Assembly (NCBI GenBank): GCA_002269645.1 | Contig: NIVC01003888.1 | Location: 1 to 27,937, forward strand | DNA length: 27,937 bases | DNA from: Macrostomum lignano | Taxonomy: Eukaryota | Direction of reading: 5' to 3' | Part shown: positions 23,079-27,937 of the stretch, in pieces | Numbering within the stretch: the stretch's first letter is position 1 | Layout: each line of letters opens with the position of its first letter | Notes under the pieces: model-generated | Seen by the model: the letters and a program-made list of their open reading frames with translations, nothing else | Told to the model about the DNA's origin: nothing | The model's database searches: none | Program-made: the position numbers and the translations under genes

Positions 23079-23519
23079 GCGGTGATGGGGGCGGTGATGG
23101 GGCGGTGATGGGGCGGTGATGAGGCGGTGATGAGGCGGCGATGGGGCGGTTATGGCGGCGGTGCGGTGATGGGGGGCGGTGATAGGGCGGTGATGAGGCG
23201 GCGATGGGGGCGGTGATGGGGCGGTGATGGGCGGTGATGGGGGCGGTGATGGGCGGTGATGAGGCGGTGATAGGGCGGTGATGGGGCGGTGATGGGGCGG
23301 TGATGGGGCGGTGATGGGGCGGTGATGGGCGGTGATGAGGCGGTGATGGGGCGGTGATGGGCGGTGATGGGGGGCGGTGATGGGGCGGTGATGGGCGGTG
23401 ATGAGGCGGTGATGGGGCGGTGATGGGGCGGTGATGGGGCGGTGATGGAGGCGGTGATGGGGCGGTGATGGGGCGGTGATGGGGCGATGATGGGGCGGTT
23501 ATATGGGTGGTGATAGGGG
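23079..23519. repeat. 11-bp G-rich minisatellite (~40 units)
   Basis: Unit GGGGCGGTGAT with G-run length variants. Confidence 0.97.
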
Positions 23520-23530
23520 ATCTGCAGCGG

Positions 23531-23911
23531 GGGGCCGTAGCCCAGCGGTCTAGCGCAGGCTCTGGTGTTCCAGCGGCCCAGGCTCGATTCCAAGTGCAGT
23601 CACATTAATTTGGGGCTGAATTGGAATCTCGGCTTGGCTCTGCTCGTGCAATTAACGGCCTTGAGAGCCAACCCCCCAAGGCGCAGTGAAGTGTACATGT
23701 CTAACGATGAATAAAGTTAATAGGGCCGCTGTGCACTCCTGTGTGAGTGTGTGCCTGTGCGTATGACTGCGTACATATCCGCGCGCTTGTGTGCCTGCTC
23801 AGGGGAGTCGGCGGAATGGCAGTAATGCCTCTCGCCGGTTGTGTGACAATGTCGCTTAAAGTGCGCCAGGGTGCACACACCCCCCTGCCTCTAATAAAAA
23901 AACAAAAAAAA
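23531..23911 (+). mobile_element. tRNA-derived SINE, apparently full length (~380 bp)
   Basis: Pol III A box TAGCCCAGCGG (23538-23548), B box GGCTCGATTCC (23581-23591), tRNA-like spacing, body repeated at 21906-22080, 3' AATAAAAAAACAAAAAAAA tail, related 16-mers on both flanks. Confidence 0.75.
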
Positions 23912-23996
23912 TGGGCAGTGATGGGAGCTTTCTTGGAGTGCTACTTGGCACTCATTGTTTAAACCATAAACATCCACACCATACGGATGTACAAAC

Positions 23997-24395
23997 CTTG
24001 GTGCGCCTTCTCATTGACATCTTCGTCCCGAGCCCACTGGGTGACGGTGGTGTACAGAGTGGACTTGTCCAGCGGCCAGCCGTTCTTCCTGCAGGTGGCC
24101 TGCACCAGCGCGGTGAGGTAGGACTCCGGGATGTGCAGACCCGACAGCCACATCACTCTCGGCTCCTACTCGTTCACCATTGACTGTACTGTTGATAGCG
24201 CTTCTCGAAGTGATTCATCCAGTTCGCCAACGACTTCAAGGTCGCCGGGGCGAGCTTTCGCCAGATCTCGGGCAGCTGGCCGTTGAACAGGCACTTGGCG
24301 ACATCGTTCCAGTTCCGCTGACATGCCGACCTCACCAGCAGGCTCGTTGGAGCGTCGTCAGCGAGCGGCGCATTCGGTTGATAAGCAAGTTGAAT
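23997..24395 (-). CDS. DNAH10: Axonemal dynein heavy chain 10, penultimate coding exon (several indels and one TAG in this sequence)
   Basis: Acceptor CCCAG|A, donor AAG|GTTTGT; reconstructed (R)FNLLINRMRRSLTTLQRALAGEVGMS..LFNGQLPEIWRKLAPATLKSLANW..MWLSGLHIPESYLTALVQATCRKNGWPLDKSTL. Confidence 0.92.
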
Positions 24396-24420
24396 CTGGG
24401 AGGAATGAGGATGTATTTGG

Positions 24421-25110
24421 GTGTTCTGTAATCTGCTGTAATGTTCTGTAATCTGCTGTAATGTTCTGTAATCTGCTGTAATGTTCTGTAATCTGCTGTA
24501 GTGTTCTGTAATCTGCTGTAGTATTCTGTAATCTCCTGTAATGTTCTGTAATCTGCTGTAATGTTCTGTAATCTGCTGTAGTGTTCTGTAACCTGCTGTA
24601 GTATTCTGTAACCTGCTGTAGTGTTCTGTAACCTGCTGTAGTGTTCTGTAACCTGCTGTAGTGTTCTGTAACCTGCTGTAGTGTTCTGTAACCTGCTGTA
24701 GTGTTCTGTAACCTGCTGTAGTGTTCTGTAATCTGCTGTAGTGTTCTGTAACCTGCTGTAGTTAGTGTTTTGTAATCTGCTGTAGTGTTCTGTAATCTGC
24801 TGTAGTGTTTTGTAATCTGCTGTAGTGTTTTGTAATCTGCTGTAGTGTTCTGTAATCTGCTGTAGTGTTTTGTAATCTGCTGTAGTGTTCTGTAATCTGC
24901 TGTAGTGTTTTGTAATCTGCTGTAGTGTTCTGTAATCTGCTGTAGTGTTCTGTAATCTGCTGTAATGTTCTGTAATCTTCTATAGTGTTCTGTAATCTGC
25001 TGTAGTGTTCTGTAACCTGCTGTAGTGTTCTGTAACCTGCTGTAGTGTTCTGTAATCTGCTGTAATGTTCTGTAATCTGCTGTAATGTTCTGTAATCTGC
25101 TGTAATGTTC
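24421..25110. repeat. 20-bp minisatellite (two related 10-mers), ~34 units
   Basis: Unit GTGTTCTGTAATCTGCTGTA; starts ~25 nt from the exon acceptor. Confidence 0.97.
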
Positions 25111-25533
25111 AGTTTTACACTGTAAAGTTATATACTTTTATGCTTTCTTCTATTTCTGCAAATGTTTTTAATTACTCTTTAATTGCATGAATCAGTTCGT
25201 ATCGAAATTTGAACAAACAAAAATTAGCAATAGAATTATTTGAGGTGGGGGGCAAATTTCCGACAAAATTATTCTTAAGCTGAAACGTGCCGAACCCCAT
25301 CTACGTTGTCTTTTTTCTTACAATAATTATCTTTGTTAGCCTGTTTTATACGCATATTGCGACTTCAACTGACAAAAACTTTCTGAGGTCATTACGAGCT
25401 AAGGATCTGTTTAACTTTTCAGTTTTTTAATTGCATGATGACTAATTTATAATCGAAAAAAATGACTCATTTAAATCTTAAACCCGATGGGCAGAGTTGA
25501 ACTGGGTTCGTTTTGCCTATTCGAAGGAAAAAT

Positions 25534-26631
25534 CTACTGACAGGCTACTGACAGACTACTGACAGACTACTGACAGTCTACTGACAGTCTACTGACAGTC
25601 TACTGACAGGCTACTGACAGTCTACTGACAGGCTACTGACAGACTACTGACAGTCTACTGACAGTCTACTGACAGACTACTGACAGGCTACTGACAGTCT
25701 ACTGACAGGCTACTGACAGCTACTGACAGACTACTGACAGTCTACTGACAGTCTACTGACAGGCTACTGACAGACTACTGACAGGCTACTGACAGTCTAC
25801 TGACAGGCTACTGACAGACTACTGACAGACTACTGACAGTCTACTGACAGTCTACTGACAGGCTACTGACAGACTACTGACAGGCTACTGACAGTCTACT
25901 GACAGGCTACTGACAGACTACTGACAGACTACTGACAGTCTACTGACAGTCTACTGACAGGCTACTGACAGTCTACTGACAGGCTACTGACAGGCTACTG
26001 ACAGTCTACTGACAGGCTACTGACAGTCTACTGACAGACTACTGACAGTCTACTGACAGGCTACTGACAGTCTACTGACAGTCTACTGACAGGCTACTGA
26101 CAGTCTACTGACAGGCTACTGACAGTCTACTGACAGGCTACTGACAGTCTACTGACAGGCTACTGACAGACTACTGACAGTCTACTGACAGTCTACTGAC
26201 AGGCTACTGACAGTCTACTGACAGGCTACTGACAGGCTACTGACAGTCTACTGACAGGCTACTGACAGTCTACTGACAGGCTACTGACAGTCTACTGACA
26301 GGCTACTGACAGACTACTGACAGTCTACTGACAGTCTACTGACAGTCTACTGACAGACTACTGACAGTCTACTGACAGGCTACTGACAGGCTACTGACAG
26401 GCTACTGACAGTCTACTGACAGGCTACTGACAGACTACTGACAGTCTACTGACAGGCTACTGACAGGCTACTGACAGGCTACTGACAGTCTACTGACAGT
26501 CTACTGACAGGCTACTGACAGGCTACTGACAGTCTACTGACAGGCTACTGACAGTCTACTGACAGGCTACTGACAGTCTACTGACAGGCTACTGACAGGC
26601 TACTGACAGTCTACTGACGGGCTCCTGACAG
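25534..26631. repeat. 11-bp minisatellite (~100 units) with one three-state variable position
   Basis: Unit CTACTGACAG[G/T/A]; ends ~18 nt from the exon donor. Confidence 0.98.
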
Positions 26632-26649
26632 CAAAAATCGTGTACTCAC

Positions 26650-27104
26650 CTCTCCAGTTCCTGAAGCAGCACTACGGTTGTGGGGCATATCTAGGCCCAG
26701 AGCTTTGCGAATCTTCTCCAAGTCGAACTCCTCGTGCAGCCGTTTGAGAATGTCGCCGGCAACTCCACCGATGAACTCGTCGCGACTGATGCCGCCTGAG
26801 GCTTCGCCAGTCTGGGCTGCAGCTCAATAAGCTTCGCCACATGTCCTTGGCGGCGTTGGTGTAATACCGATCTCGCGTTCGGGTGCAGGCCAACACCTCC
26901 GGGTGTTGGTCAGCGGCAAGGTCTCGATGTAGTCGTGTAGCTGTCCTTGGGCCCGTCCTCCGGGATGTGATAGTCAACCTCTTCGTCACGTAGAAGTGGA
27001 ACGGTTGGAACGTGTCGAAAATGAAGTCGCCCAAAGTATTCGTCCATGTAGGTGTTGAGGACTCGACGATCGAAGTTATCGATTGCTCGGCCGCCGTACA
27101 TCAC
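26650..27104 (-). CDS. DNAH10: Axonemal dynein heavy chain 10, antepenultimate coding exon (about ten single-base indels in this sequence)
   Basis: Acceptor TGTCAG|GTG, donor AG|GTGAGT; reconstructed VMYGGRAIDNFDRRVLNTYMDEY.GDFIFDTFQPFHF..DYHIP..LPLTNTPEVFGLHPNAEIGYYTNAAKDMW..LQPQTG..ISRDEFI..PTTVVLLQELER, diagnostic of DNAH10. Gene continues beyond the window. Confidence 0.92.
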
Positions 27105-27149
27105 CTGACAGTGCGTGTAGGGTGCGGTTGGGTCTGCTGACGGACGGAC

Positions 27150-27937
<788 letters not shown>

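Noticed and set aside
21413-23593. GGCLLS / MLAIWG / PPHHRPITA ORFs
   Set aside because: Translations of the 18-bp and 11-bp intronic arrays.
24421-26631. Regular repeat arrays as possible CRISPR
   Set aside because: Head-to-tail units with no unique spacers, in a spliced eukaryotic gene.

Overview
Eukaryotic (animal) genomic DNA. GC-rich, CpG-rich exons, introns packed with unrelated mini/microsatellites and AT-rich transposon relics suggest a macrostomid flatworm such as Macrostomum; this is inference from style, not a database result. Genes: (1) a two-exon, unusually divergent RPL23/uL14 on + (9523-9621, 10282-10599; 138 aa); (2) an intronless biogenic-amine GPCR of the invertebrate Dop1R2/INDR dopamine-receptor type on - (17579-19195); (3) the last three coding exons of axonemal dynein DNAH10 on - (26650-27104, 23997-24395, 20867-21159), whose two upstream exons carry many single-base indels that look like long-read assembly errors. 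About a quarter of the window is tandem repeat (nine large arrays). The first ~9.4 kb is decayed repeat DNA with CpG-free deserts, a foldback and an LTR-like relic. Most notable non-obvious signals: two related ~65-bp copies of the 28S rRNA helix 69-71 (R2/I-PpoI target) region 10 kb apart; a tRNA-derived SINE with an inverted partial partner in a DNAH10 intron; and the divergent ribosomal protein paralog next to an LTR-like element. All alignments were done by eye against recalled reference sequences.
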